64,000 nt of DNA. It comes from an uncultured Acidobacteriota bacterium. GTDB taxonomy: Bacteria > Acidobacteriota > Vicinamibacteria > Vicinamibacterales > SCN-69-37. Below, in pieces: positions 19,614 to 28,746 of the stretch; the first letter of the stretch is position 1, and every line of letters begins with the position of its first letter. The position numbers and the translations under genes are program-made. The notes under the pieces are model-generated. The model saw only the letters and a list, made by a program, of their open reading frames with translations, searched no databases and was not told the origin of the DNA. Where the stretch lies: positions 214,878 to 278,877 of the forward strand of contig CAWBZK010000003.1 of NCBI GenBank assembly GCA_963793255.1. Reading direction: 5' to 3'.

Positions 19614-19898
19614 CTACATCACTGGCGTCGAACCGGTGTCGGGCAGCAGCGGCAGCATCGGTTCAGCCACCGGAGCAGGCGCGACCGGCTTCGGCGCGGG
19701 CTTCCGTGCGGGGGCCGCCTTCCTCACGGGCGCGGCCTTCTTCGCGACAACCTTCTTCTTCACTGCCGCCTTCTTCGGTGCGGCCTTTCTCGCGGCCGCC
19801 TTTTTCTTCGGCGCGGCCTTTTTCTTCGCGGTGCGCTTCGCCGCTTTGCCTTTGGCCCGCCCCGCCTTCTTCTTCGAGCGCGCAGTCTTTTTTGCCAT
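19614..19898 (-). CDS. Lys/Ala-rich histone H1-like (AlgP/Hc1-like) basic protein
   Basis: Internal start MAKKTARSKKKAGRAKGKAAKRTAKKKAAPKKKAAARKAAPKKAAVKKKVVAKKAAPVRKAAP..., preceded by gggagg 6 nt upstream. Confidence 0.6.
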   Translation of the reverse strand: MAKKTARSKKKAGRAKGKAAKRTAKKKAAPKKKAAARKAAPKKAAVKKKVVAKKAAPVRKAAPARKPAPKPVAPAPVAEPMLPLLPDTGSTPVM

Positions 19899-19974
19899 TG
19901 ACGACCTCCCGATCGGACACGCGACACGCGCGCCGAAAATTCGCGTCATTGTGACACAAGAAACTGTGGGCGAA

Positions 19975-20230
19975 AGGTTCGAACGGTTCGAAAGTTCGAA
20001 GGTTCGAAGGTTGGTACGGCTGTTCGAAGGTCGGTTCGAAGGTTCGAGGTTGGTTCGAGGTGCGAAGAATTTCGAAGTCGCGTCGGATCCGTCGAACCGA
20101 GTACCGTCCTTCGAACCTGCGAACCGTCCATCGAACCCTCGAACCGTCCTTCGAACCGTCGTCGAACCTGACCTGTCGAACCTTCGCACCTTCGAACCTC
20201 CGCACCTTCGAACCGTCGGTTCAGGTTCGG
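19975..20230. repeat. about 255-nt inverted array of GGTTCGAA(GG) words
   Basis: Left arm is ggttcgaacggttcgaaagttcgaaggttcgaaggttgg...ggttcgaaggttcgaggttggttcgagg. Right arm is ccttcgaacctgcgaaccgtccatcgaaccctcgaaccgtccttcgaacc...ccttcgaacctccgcaccttcgaacc. Confidence 0.8.
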
Positions 20231-20414
20231 CACTTCCCAGCGTCTCTGTCCCCGTCTGTGTCCTGCCCTGTCATAGCCCCATTGCAGAATCCGAAACGTG
20301 ACGTTGCACGCCGCGATTGGAAATGCTGATCGTTCGGATCTTGAGGCGAAAGTGACTATTCGTGTAACTTGTTCATTTAGCTAAGGATGTCGGCTCATGG
20401 AGAGCTATTTTCGC

Positions 20415-20443
20415 TTGACACCCGGCTGGCACGTCCCTAGAAT
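20415..20443 (+). promoter_or_regulatory. sigma70-type promoter upstream of recA
   Basis: TTGACA (20415-20420), 17-nt spacer, TAGAAT (20438-20443), 55 nt upstream of the recA ATG. GAGGAG RBS at 20489-20494. Confidence 0.55.
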
Positions 20444-20498
20444 CCCGACCAGTCCGGCCCGCGTCGCACCTTTCGGCGGTGCCATATCGAGGAGTCCC

Positions 20499-21551
20499 AT
20501 GGCAGTACCTGAACGCATCGAGAGACACGAAGACCGGACCGACAAAGAGCGCGCGAAAGCGCTCGAGATCGCCGTCAGCCAGATCGAGAAGCAGTTCGGC
20601 AAGGGCTCGATCATGCGGCTGGGGGGCAAGGACACGATCGGCCCCATCGCGGTCATCTCCACCGGTTCGATCAGTGTGGACTGGGCGCTTGGCGTGGGTG
20701 GTCTTCCCCGCGGGCGCGTGATCGAGATTTTCGGACCGGAGTCGTCGGGCAAGACCACGCTGGCGTTACAAACGATCGCGCAAGCGCAGAAGCTCGGCGG
20801 CGTGGCGGCGTTCGTCGACGCCGAGCACGCGCTCGACGCGCAATACGCGCAGAAACTCGGCATCGACCTCGAGAACCTGCTCGTGTCTCAGCCGGACAAT
20901 GGCGAGCAGGCCCTCGAGATCGTCGAGGTCCTCGTGCGCTCGAACGGCGTGGACGTCGTGGTCGTGGACTCGGTGGCGGCGCTCGTCCCGCGCGCCGAAA
21001 TCGAGGGCGAGATGGGCGAAGCGCAGATGGGCTTGCAGGCTCGTCTCATGTCCCAGGCCCTGCGCAAGCTCACGGGCGTCGTCTCGAAGTCGAAGACGTC
21101 CCTCATCTTCATCAACCAGCTCCGCGAGAAGATTGGCGTGATGTTCGGCAATCCGGAAACGACGACCGGTGGCCGCGCGTTGAAGTTCTACTCGTCGGTG
21201 CGCGTGGATATCCGCCGCATCGGCGCCATCAAGGATGGCGAGACGACGGTCGGCGGCCGGACGCGGGTCAAAGTGGTGAAGAACAAGCTCGCTCCGCCCT
21301 TCCGCGAGGCCGAGTTCGACGTGATGTACGGCGAAGGCATCTCGCGCGAGGGCGACCTGGTCGACCAGGGCGTCGAGCACAAGATCATCGACAAGAGCGG
21401 CACGTGGTTCTCGTATGGCGGCGAGCGGCTCGGTCAGGGACGCGAGAACGCCAAGTCGTTCCTGAAGCAGAACCCCGAGATGGCGTCAGCGATCGAGCAG
21501 AAGCTGCGACACGCCATGGGACTGCCTACGCCGGTAACCGAGACGGCGTAG
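20499..21551 (+). CDS. recA: recombinase A
   Basis: [23 protein letters not shown], Walker [43 protein letters not shown]. Confidence 0.95.
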   Translation: MAVPERIERHEDRTDKERAKALEIAVSQIEKQFGKGSIMRLGGKDTIGPIAVISTGSISVDWALGVGGLPRGRVIEIFGPESSGKTTLALQTIAQAQKLGGVAAFVDAEHALDAQYAQKLGIDLENLLVSQPDNGEQALEIVEVLVRSNGVDVVVVDSVAALVPRAEIEGEMGEAQMGLQARLMSQALRKLTGVVSKSKTSLIFINQLREKIGVMFGNPETTTGGRALKFYSSVRVDIRRIGAIKDGETTVGGRTRVKVVKNKLAPPFREAEFDVMYGEGISREGDLVDQGVEHKIIDKSGTWFSYGGERLGQGRENAKSFLKQNPEMASAIEQKLRHAMGLPTPVTETA

Positions 21552-21688
21552 GCATTGCGGATCTGTGATTTGTGATTGAGGATGGCATTGGCGATTGAGT
21601 GATCGCGGATTGCGGATTGAAAATCGTCAATCCACAATTCTCCGATGGCCAAATGCAATCCTCAATCGCCGATCACAGATCCGCAATG
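21552..21688. repeat. 137-nt imperfect hairpin, GATTGNG family
   Basis: gcattgcggatctgtgatttgtgattgaggat pairs with atcctcaatcgccgatcacagatccgcaatg. Centre is gcggattgaaaatcgtcaatcc. It starts at the base after the recA stop, and its last 3 nt are the ATG of the next gene. Confidence 0.8.
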
Positions 21689-22549
21689 ACTTTGCATCGC
21701 CTGTTCGTCGTTCTCGCCGCATTCATTCTTCTTGCGGCGCCGGTTCGCACGCAAAGCGGCGCGTTCTTCTTCATTCAGCTGAGCGATCCGCAGTTCGGCA
21801 TGTACAGCGCCGACAAGGAATTCGCTCAGGAAACCGCCAATTTCGAGTTTGCCGTCGCGACGGTCAATCGCCTGAAGCCGGCGTTCGTCGTCATCACCGG
21901 CGATCTCGTCAACAGGGCCGGTGATGCAGCGCAAATCGCGGAATACGAACGGATCAAGGCGAAGGTGTCGCGTGGCATTCCGGTCTACGACATGCCGGGC
22001 AACCACGACGTCGAGAACGCGCCGACGCCGGAAAGCCTCGCGGCCTATCGCAAGCGCAGTCGCGATCACTACGTCTTCAGCCACGGCGGCTTCACGGGCG
22101 TCGTCCTGAACTCGTCGCTGATCCACACGCCGGACAAAGCGGCGGCTGAAGCGTCAGAGCAGATCGAGTGGCTTCACGAGACGCTCGCAAGCGCCCGCGA
22201 CGCCGGTGCCCGGCGCATCGTCGTGTTCCAGCACCATCCCTGGTTTCTGAAAAGCGCGGACGAGCCGGATCAGTACTTCAACATCCCGATCGTGCGGCGC
22301 ACTCCCCTGCTCCGGCTCTTCCGCGAGTCAGGTGTTCGGTTGGTGGTCTCCGGCCACCTGCACCAGAACGCTGGCGCCGTCGTCAACGGCCTCGAGGCCG
22401 TCGTGACCGGTCCCGTCGGCAAGCCGCTCGGCGATGCGCGTTCGGGCCTTCGGATTTTTCTGGTGGCCGACGCGGGAATCACGCACAAGTACTACGACCT
22501 GGGTAGCCTGCCGACGGCGATCGACGTCGGGTCAGGGAAACTGCCGTAG
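21686..22549 (+). CDS. secreted metallophosphoesterase
   Basis: Signal MTLHRLFVVLAAFILLAAPVRTQ; QLSDPQFG, ITGDLVN, GNHD, VFQHHP, SGHLH. Confidence 0.75.
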   Translation: MTLHRLFVVLAAFILLAAPVRTQSGAFFFIQLSDPQFGMYSADKEFAQETANFEFAVATVNRLKPAFVVITGDLVNRAGDAAQIAEYERIKAKVSRGIPVYDMPGNHDVENAPTPESLAAYRKRSRDHYVFSHGGFTGVVLNSSLIHTPDKAAAEASEQIEWLHETLASARDAGARRIVVFQHHPWFLKSADEPDQYFNIPIVRRTPLLRLFRESGVRLVVSGHLHQNAGAVVNGLEAVVTGPVGKPLGDARSGLRIFLVADAGITHKYYDLGSLPTAIDVGSGKLP

Positions 22550-22552
22550 CTC

Positions 22553-23386
22553 CTACTGCGGGCGCATCGTAATTTCGACGAGCTTCCGGTACTTCACCGG
22601 TTGACCGGCGCGTTGCGCCGGCTTGAAGCGCCAGCTGCGGGCGGCCTCGAGCAGCCCGGCGTCGTAGAAGTCCGCCAGCGACTCGACCATCCTGGAGGTC
22701 TCCACGTTGCCGCTCTCGTCAACGACGACCTCGACGACGCCGCGGAACGAGCGCCAGACGAGCTGGGCGGGCGGGTTCCATGGCGGGATGTTCCGTTCGA
22801 GCTCGACGGGTGGGATGACCGCGACGTCGAGCGCCGAGTAGACCACCCGGCTCGATGCGGCGAGCTCCGCCTCGGTCAGCCGCAGGGAACCCTCGGCGAG
22901 CTGCTGCAGGTTCGCGAGAACGGGATCCCCGGACGCGGTTTCCGCTCTGAGCACGATCAAGAGGTCGCGAAGCTGATCGGCGGCCGCCGCGTAGTCCTTC
23001 AGATCGAAGCTGGTCTTGGCCTTGGCGTAGGCCTTGTTGGCCGCCATCGGCAACACTCGTTTTCGAATCGACGCGAACCGGGCGAGGAACGCCGGGGACG
23101 CCGCATTCGGCGCCACGCGGAATTGCGGCGACCGGATCACGATGCGCTCGAGCGCCTGGTCGGCGTCGGTGTCTCGTCCGAGACCCAGGAGGCAGAGCGC
23201 GCGGTACTGATCGAGCGCGTTTGGATCGGACCGACCGTCGAGCAGCGATATGCGCGTGAGCGCGTCTTCGTACGCCGCCGTCGCGTAGAGTCGCTTGACG
23301 GTGTCGAGCTCGGGGTCTGCCACGGCGGGGCCGGCGCTTTGCGCGAGCGCGAGGAGCGCCGTGAGGAAGACGGCGCTGGTCGTCAT
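22553..23386 (-). CDS. secreted TPR-like / TonB C-terminal domain protein
   Basis: Signal peptide; the C-terminal ~80 aa FRGVVEVVVDESGNVETSRMVESLADFYDAGLLEAARSWRFKPAQRAGQPVKYRKLVEI match the TonB_C pattern. Confidence 0.55.
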   Translation of the reverse strand: MTTSAVFLTALLALAQSAGPAVADPELDTVKRLYATAAYEDALTRISLLDGRSDPNALDQYRALCLLGLGRDTDADQALERIVIRSPQFRVAPNAASPAFLARFASIRKRVLPMAANKAYAKAKTSFDLKDYAAAADQLRDLLIVLRAETASGDPVLANLQQLAEGSLRLTEAELAASSRVVYSALDVAVIPPVELERNIPPWNPPAQLVWRSFRGVVEVVVDESGNVETSRMVESLADFYDAGLLEAARSWRFKPAQRAGQPVKYRKLVEITMRPQ

Positions 23387-24537
23387 TGGGTCCAGTCGAC
23401 GCCGAGCCGGACAGCCTGCGAGCCCACGAGCACTGTTTGGCGGCGCTCGCCATGCTCCGGGTGCCGCCAGACGATCTCGTGCGTCCCGAGCGACACCGAC
23501 AGATTGCCAATCGGCGTCTGACCGATGGGCCGGCCGTCGACGGAGACTTCAGCCCACGGTAAGGCAGAGATCGAGAGCGTTCCCCTCGGCATCGGCACGT
23601 TGAGGGCGGCGGAACGTCCGGCGATCACGTTGACGGTGGATTCCATGCGAAAAGCGAGCGGGCGATTGACCAGCTCGAGCGTGTGCCGGCCGGCGGGCAG
23701 CGCGATTCGCGCCGCGCGGCCGGTGGCGAGATGCTGGCCGGCCTCGAACACCTCCAGATCGACCGGCGCGTCGATCTCGACCCAGCCGCTCTGCACGGTC
23801 ACGGGCACCGAGACGACGACCGTCGCCGTGGCGCCGGCCGTGACCTCAACCGTGCGATTGACGGAGGTCCGGCCGCTCGAAACCGTGATGCGATGTGCGC
23901 CAGGCGCCATCTCCGGGACTTTCAGCGGCGTCACGCCGCGGAGCGTGCCGTCGATCGACACCTGTGCGCCTGCCGGCTCGGAGCTGACCTGCAGCTCTCC
24001 TGTGGCGGCCACTCCGCCGAAGTCCACGTGCTGCGTCGCGATCTTGCCCGCCTCGACACTGAGCGGCGTGCGCCGAGACGTCGTGCCGCTCCGCAGTTCG
24101 GCGACGTGCATCCCCACGGGCAAGCTGAGGCTGAGCGGAGTCTGACCGGCATGTTTGCCGTCGATGTACACGTCGGCGCCATTCGGCACGGAGGTCATCG
24201 TGACCGTCGACTCGCGGATCACGACGGGAGCAGCGGCCGCACCGGGAATCGCGCGGGACACGGCTCCGGCCAGGTACGTGATCGCAATCCCAGCGAGCAG
24301 GCCGACGCCGATCGCGATCACGGTGAAGGAGCGAGCTCGCTGGGGCGCGACCTCGGTTTCGACGGGCGGCATGCTTTCGCGGTGTTCAGCCAGGAGCTCC
24401 TGAAACGAGGTTGGCCGTCGTTTCTGGAACCCGGCCTCGCTCGGCGACTCCGGCAAGAACTCCATCAACGAATCTGGGGATTGCTTCGGGGAAGGAGCCG
24501 ACGAGTCAAAGCGTTTGAACAGCCGAGAGGGAGCCAT
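23383..24537 (-). CDS. PEGA domain membrane-anchored protein
   Basis: One TM (FTVIAIGVGLLAGIAITYLAGAV), then repeated PEGA-like units (SVPNGADVYIDGKHAGQTPLSL; SEPAGAQVSIDGTLRGVTPLKV; LPWAEVSVDGRPIGQTPIG). An alternative start at 24552 is possible. Confidence 0.7.
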   Translation of the reverse strand: MAPSRLFKRFDSSAPSPKQSPDSLMEFLPESPSEAGFQKRRPTSFQELLAEHRESMPPVETEVAPQRARSFTVIAIGVGLLAGIAITYLAGAVSRAIPGAAAAPVVIRESTVTMTSVPNGADVYIDGKHAGQTPLSLSLPVGMHVAELRSGTTSRRTPLSVEAGKIATQHVDFGGVAATGELQVSSEPAGAQVSIDGTLRGVTPLKVPEMAPGAHRITVSSGRTSVNRTVEVTAGATATVVVSVPVTVQSGWVEIDAPVDLEVFEAGQHLATGRAARIALPAGRHTLELVNRPLAFRMESTVNVIAGRSAALNVPMPRGTLSISALPWAEVSVDGRPIGQTPIGNLSVSLGTHEIVWRHPEHGERRQTVLVGSQAVRLGVDWTQ

Positions 24538-24959
24538 GGCCCGAGGCAGCATGCGAACGCCGGGCCAGCTATCGCTGACATTTTTGCCCACGACGGGAAG
24601 ACTAGACCCACAAACGCTCCTTCCCGGCGAATTTTTGTCGCCCGTCAGGCCGACAACTTCGTGCTGCGGTATCCCGCCCAAAGAAACGCGTGGAGGTCTC
24701 TCATGCCTTCTGACACCCGAGCAGCCTGCCGCTCGCGAGGTCTCTGGTGGCGGTGACACGGCGCCCGCAGCAGCCTTCGTTGCCGGGCGACCGTGTGCGG
24801 GCGGGCGACCACTTCGCGATCGAATTCCACGCCGGCCGTCCGGTCGAGACGATTGAGGCAGACGCGGCGCGGTGGGCTCGTCACGGACCGGCTGAACTGC
24901 GTCGTCTGGGTCCGTTCTTTCGCGTGGGTGAATCGCCGGGCCGCTCAGAGTGTCGGGAT

Positions 24960-24988
24960 TTGCGGCTGGTCGCGGGCCCGGTTATGAT
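24960..24988 (+). promoter_or_regulatory. possible promoter for tRNA-Phe
   Basis: TTGCGG (24960-24965), 17 nt, TATGAT (24983-24988), 35 nt upstream of the tRNA 5' end. The -35 element is weak. Confidence 0.3.
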
Positions 24989-25023
24989 CGCGAGGTTCTA
25001 CCGCCCCGCTGCGACCCTGCCGT

Positions 25024-25099
25024 GCCGAGGTAGCTCAGTTGGTAGAGCACGTGACTGAAAATCACGGTGTCGGCAGTTCGATTCTGCCCCTCGGCACCA
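25024..25099 (+). tRNA. tRNA-Phe (GAA) with encoded CCA
   Basis: Folded by hand: acceptor GCCGAGG/CCTCGGC, D arm GCTC/GAGC, anticodon stem CGTGA/TCACG with loop CTGAAAA, variable loop GTGTC, T arm GGCAG-TTCGATT-CTGCC, discriminator A, CCA. Confidence 0.95.
25053..25099 (+). repeat. attL-like: 3' 47 nt of tRNA-Phe, repeated at 31011-31058
   Basis: gactgaaaatcacggtgtcggcagttcgattctgcccctcggcacca is repeated at 31011-31058 with a single extra T. Confidence 0.8.
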
Positions 25100-25157
25100 T
25101 TTAAAATCAACAACTTACAGCTGACTTACCGGAAGCGCGACGAGCGTCATGGTAAGT

Positions 25158-25344
25158 CAGTGGTAAGCAAACGACGCGGCGTGCCCTAGATTGCTGGAGC
25201 TTCGGCCGGAGCCGGCCCGCGCCGGCCACCAAAAGCAAAGGCCCGCGCGATGGCGGGCCTCTGCACTTCTCGCGACGTTCGTGCTGCTACGTGCGTTTGC
25301 GGAACCGTCGCACGGCTGCGCCCGCGAGGCCGACGCCGAGCAGC
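25158..25344. repeat. island-internal direct repeat, copy 1 (sorting-signal tail + terminator module)
   Basis: About 90 percent identical, with small indels, to 26747-26923. On the minus strand it encodes ...LLGVGLAGAAVRRFRKRT-stop followed by a hairpin and T-run. Confidence 0.75.
25231..25262 (-). terminator. intrinsic terminator inside repeat copy 1
   Basis: Minus strand: gaggcccgcc-atcg-cgcgggcct followed by ttgcttttgg. Confidence 0.5.
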
Positions 25345-25649
25345 GGAGAGCGGCAGCGCAACGGCAACCTTTAGCGGCGACTAAAGAATCAACCAATGCG
25401 ACTCCGAAGTGCAGTCCACGGGCGGCACCGTACAAATGAAGCTCGCGTTGAGGCTGGCGGAGCAGTAGCTGATGAGTCCATTCATACGACGACCGCTGCA
25501 GAACTGCGGGCCTCTTGGCTTCGTGACCTTCAGACCGTCGACATCTTCCGCTGCAGCGGCTGAGGTCAGGCTGATGACGGCACGCGGTCACGCTCCGCCT
25601 CCATGCGCTCAAGAGGTCTCGCGCCAGTCGTCCTCCGTGCGGAAGCTTT

Positions 25650-26800
25650 TGCTGTTCATGGCGTGCTCATACGCTCACGGCTTACGGCATCGTCGAATAC
25701 TTCACGAGCGTTCGGCGCAGCAGCGAACGCCACGGAGGCGTAGGAGTTTGAAATAGCCGACCAAGTTCTGTTGATACAGCGACACCAGGACCGTGCTGGC
25801 CGTCGCGGACTGGTCGGCGACGGCCTATCTACATCGCCGTCGGGAACACGTCGACTTCCAGGCCGCCATCGGGAGAACATTCGCGCTCGGGTCCACGATG
25901 ACGATGTTGTTCATCGCGGCTTCACTCGCGACGACCTCAAGGCCGAAGCCGGGCACCTGGCCGCGAATCGCCGCCGCATAGGTGCCATTGGCAATAGGAC
26001 GGGCGCTTCCGCGCCAGGCCGCGCAGCGAAGAAGGCGGCGATTAAGGCTTTGACCGACGCGACCACATCGGCCGTGCCGACGAGTGGCGCCCCGGCCATC
26101 GAGGTAATTGAGCCGGGGCGTTGGCCGATGATGAGCGTCGAGGCCGGGTCGAGAAACGACTTGTCGACGAACGCATTGAGGCCGGAGGTCATCGCCCGTT
26201 GCAACGCGGGCGCGGTGCCGGTATTCGCCAGCATCGCCAGCTCTTCACTCAGGACGATGATGCCGAGAATTTTCGACGGCGGCAAGGTGAGGCCGTCACT
26301 AAACGCCAACTTGGAAACCGGCGTCGGCGTTGTTTCACTCACCCACACGAAATTCGCCTCGGCGGTCTGATACGGCACTTTCGCGTTGGAACGGAATTTG
26401 TTGCAGCGGGAGGCGACCGAGCAAATTTTTCGAATGCGCGACTTCGAGGAACCCGCCCGCCCATGACTCAATCCCGACGAGCGGCTTCGCCCATGCGGCG
26501 TCGGTGCGACGTGCCCGGCGCAGTCACCGTTTTGGTGACCAAGTCGAGGGTGCCCGACTCTAACCATGTTTTTAGCTGGCCTCCCCCGTAGGTGCGCCCA
26601 AAACGGCTCACGAACAGTTCCGCCGCGTCCTGCTGACTGCCGTAAGTGTGGGCGAGACAACTTAAAGATTTTGTGAAATCCAACGCATTCTGCGTTCGGA
26701 TTTCGTCGCGGGTCGATTCGCGCAGTCGCAGCGGCGGGCTGATGTCCAGTGGTAAGCAAGCGACGCGGCGTGCTCTAGGTTGCTGGAAGTGTTCGCCCCG
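25650..26800 (-). pseudogene. HK97-family phage major capsid protein, at least 4 frame breaks
   Basis: Fragments in different frames: AELFVSRFGRTYGGGQLKTWLESGTLDLVTKTVTAPGTS; ANFVWVSETTPTPVSKLAFSDGLTLPPSKILGIIVLSEELAMLANTGTAPALQRAMTSGLNAFVDKSFLDP...GSITSMAGAPLVGT; NGTYAAAIRGQVPGFGLEVVASEAAMNNIVIVDPSANVL; VSLYQQNLVG. Confidence 0.55.
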
Positions 26801-26923
26801 GAGCCGGCCCCCAAAAGCAAAGGCCCGCGCGATGGCGGGCCTCTGCACGTCTCGCGACGTTCGTGCTACGTGCGCTTCCGGAACCGTCGCACGGCCGCGC
26901 CTGCGAGACCGACGCCGAGCAAC
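26747..26923. repeat. island-internal direct repeat, copy 2
   Basis: See 25158-25344. Here it forms the 3' end of the IPT-domain gene. Confidence 0.75.
26811..26843 (-). terminator. intrinsic terminator inside repeat copy 2
   Basis: Same ggcccgc/gcgggcc hairpin followed by ttgcttttgg on the minus strand. Confidence 0.5.
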
Positions 26924-27710
26924 CTTACTTTCTTACGGTGGTCCAGCCGCCGGTGCAAGGGACGAGGTTCATCGTCCCAATCGCTTGAGACGTCGAGACG
27001 ATCCTGCCAGATACGAAGGCGTCGTCATCTCGAAAAGAAGAAAACGCGCCGTTCCTGACCGGCACCGGAGGTGAGAACGTCACTATCGGAGACCGAGTTG
27101 CACGAGATACGGGTCAGCCCGTTGCTCTCGATGGTGAACTCGACCGAGTTGTCCGCGCTGTCACTGCCCCACCATGTTCCGTTGAAATCAAACGATGCGG
27201 CCGAAGCGAACGTGTAACCGGCAGCCAGCCTACTAGTCTGCGCGTCTGGGTTGGTTACGACCGCATCCACTGTTCCTGCAGCGTGGATTGGGCTCTCGAA
27301 ATACAGGATGGTGCCAGCTGGATCTCGTCCGTCGGAGCTCGCTGGAACGTAGTTTCCCCCGAGCGTCACCGTCGCGGCAGCATGGAATCCGCATACCAGC
27401 AATGATCAGCGAATGTGCCGCCACCGGTCGATCCGGAACTCGGGGAGACCGTAGTAATCGACGGTGCTGCACTTGGTGGCGCAGGCTGTGAAGGTTGTGA
27501 AGGCTGTGAAGGGGAGAGCCCTTCGCAGCCAAGACTCGACTCCTGGCGACATCGAGCGAGCCCACCCGAAAGCGAACTACGGTTGAACTGTAGCGACTCC
27601 CGCTTCCGACTGTAAGGGCTTTGGAAGCTGTCGGCGCGTGCGATCGCGCCTGTCCGAACGGCAGAACAGACCGGTTGAATCGGGCGGAAGGCCTGTTCGG
27701 TATCGAACAC
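26866..27710 (-). pseudogene. secreted IPT/TIG-domain protein with hydrophobic-basic C-terminal tail, at least 3 frame breaks
   Basis: PSITTVSPSSGSTGGGTF / LIIAG / GFHAAATVTLGGNYVPASSDGRDPAGTILYFESPIHAAGTVDAVVTNPDAQTSRLAAGYTF is an IPT-like fold pattern. A second beta domain follows (FDFNGTWWGSDSADNSVEFTIESNG), and the tail is LLGVGLAGAAVRRFRKRT. Confidence 0.5.
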
Positions 27711-28159
27711 CTCCCGTATGGTGCAGGCGGGTACACGCTTTCCGGCGAAGGGCTCCTAAGATCGGTCCTAGTGCCGCGGTGCGCGCCCGGAGTATGCCGC
27801 TCCGGACGTCGTGAGATGCAGGACGGCGAACTCGATCCGCTCGACGCGCGCCCGCATCCACCGACCGTCCACTTCAACCCACACGAGCGTGCCCGCCGGC
27901 ATCGATGGCGCGCGGCAGTGAATCTTCCGCGCGGTTGATCGCGACTCGCCGGCCAGCGTGACGGGCATGACGATTGGTTTCTCGCGCATGACACACGCGC
28001 ATCATGCGGTCGTGTTGTGTCGAAGCGGGTCACGCTGCTGGAAGAAGTGTGAGTCTCGACGCTCTGGAAAGCACCCGCATGATCACGAAAGGTCCCTAGG
28101 TTTCTCCTGCTTCATCCTGAGTCGCAGCTCAGCCGCCCGTCGCCGGCGGCTCACTTCAC

Positions 28160-28660
28160 CTAGGGGTGAAACATGCAGTTCGCAGCCGCACTGGTGCCAC
28201 TGGCGACGCCGCTCCCCTGGTCGAGGTACCGGAATCGGAAGCCGATCACGGGCGTGACGCTGACGAAGCCGAAATTCATCAATGCCTCTCCCGAGGCGTT
28301 GACCCCGATTGTGACCATGAGGCGTCCACGTCGCCGTTCCGTTGGCACACGCCTCGATCGGCGCTTCGTCTACATGCGTGATATCGTCCTTAGGACGTCC
28401 GTTGAGCGAGCAGTATTCGAAAATCACCGTGCCCGTCTTCGCTGGAAGTCCGGAGCCATCCTTCACCTGCGCTCTGAGGATCAATTCCTCGCGAAAGGGC
28501 ACGCTAGAAACAGGTTCAGCGCCCGCCTTCCCTAAAAAAAGCGAGCTGATACGTCGGGGGACCGGGGGGAGCCTGACTAGGTTCCACCGGCGACTTGTCC
28601 GAGCATGCAACCAATCCGAAACCGATCGCTACAACAGTGAGAAGACAGGTTGCGTGACAT
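28160..28660 (-). pseudogene. lipoprotein with Ig-like domain, about 3 frame breaks
   Basis: ATG at 28660; lipobox in a shifted frame LLTVVAIGFGLVAC-SDKSPVEP; then GAEPVSSVPFREELILRAQVKDGSGLPAKTGTVIFEYCSLNG...ACANGTATW; then LMVTIGVNASGEALMNFGFVSVTPVIGFRFRYLDQGSG. One break is at an A7/T7 run (28536-28542). Confidence 0.45.
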
Positions 28661-28746
28661 GGCGACACTCTATGGCATGGTGACCTCTTGGGATAGGACG
28701 GATTAACAGCGTTCTTCCTTCGAGTTTGCCGGCTTTTACGAGCGGC

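Noticed and set aside
19975-20230. Possibility that the short-period repeat arrays are CRISPR arrays
   Set aside because: Repeat units are 7-8 nt and directly abutting, with no unique spacers. The arrays are arranged as inverted halves, and no cas genes are in the window.
20330-20414. LexA/SOS operator upstream of recA (for example gtgtaacttgttcat)
   Set aside because: I could not find a convincing palindrome matching any LexA box class I know (GAAC-N4-GTTC, GTTC-N7-GTTC, CTGT-N8-ACAG). The candidate has the wrong half-site spacing.
24553-25023. 470-nt gene-free stretch upstream of tRNA-Phe as a possible ncRNA or small gene
   Set aside because: The ORFs there (24747..25058+, 24645..24884-) have non-protein-like composition. 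I could not recognise a conserved RNA motif or strong nested pairing. Only a weak tRNA promoter candidate was retained.
25262-25344. Calling the LLGVGLAGAAVRRFRKRT tails bona fide PEP-CTERM signals
   Set aside because: The defining Pro-Glu-Pro tripeptide is absent upstream in every frame I read. The tails are kept only as 'sorting-signal-like'.
27768-27989. 73-aa ORF (MREKPIVMPVTLAGESRSTARKIH...) as a real island gene
   Set aside because: No RBS, no recognisable family, Arg-rich, and embedded among frameshifted remnants. The evidence is insufficient.
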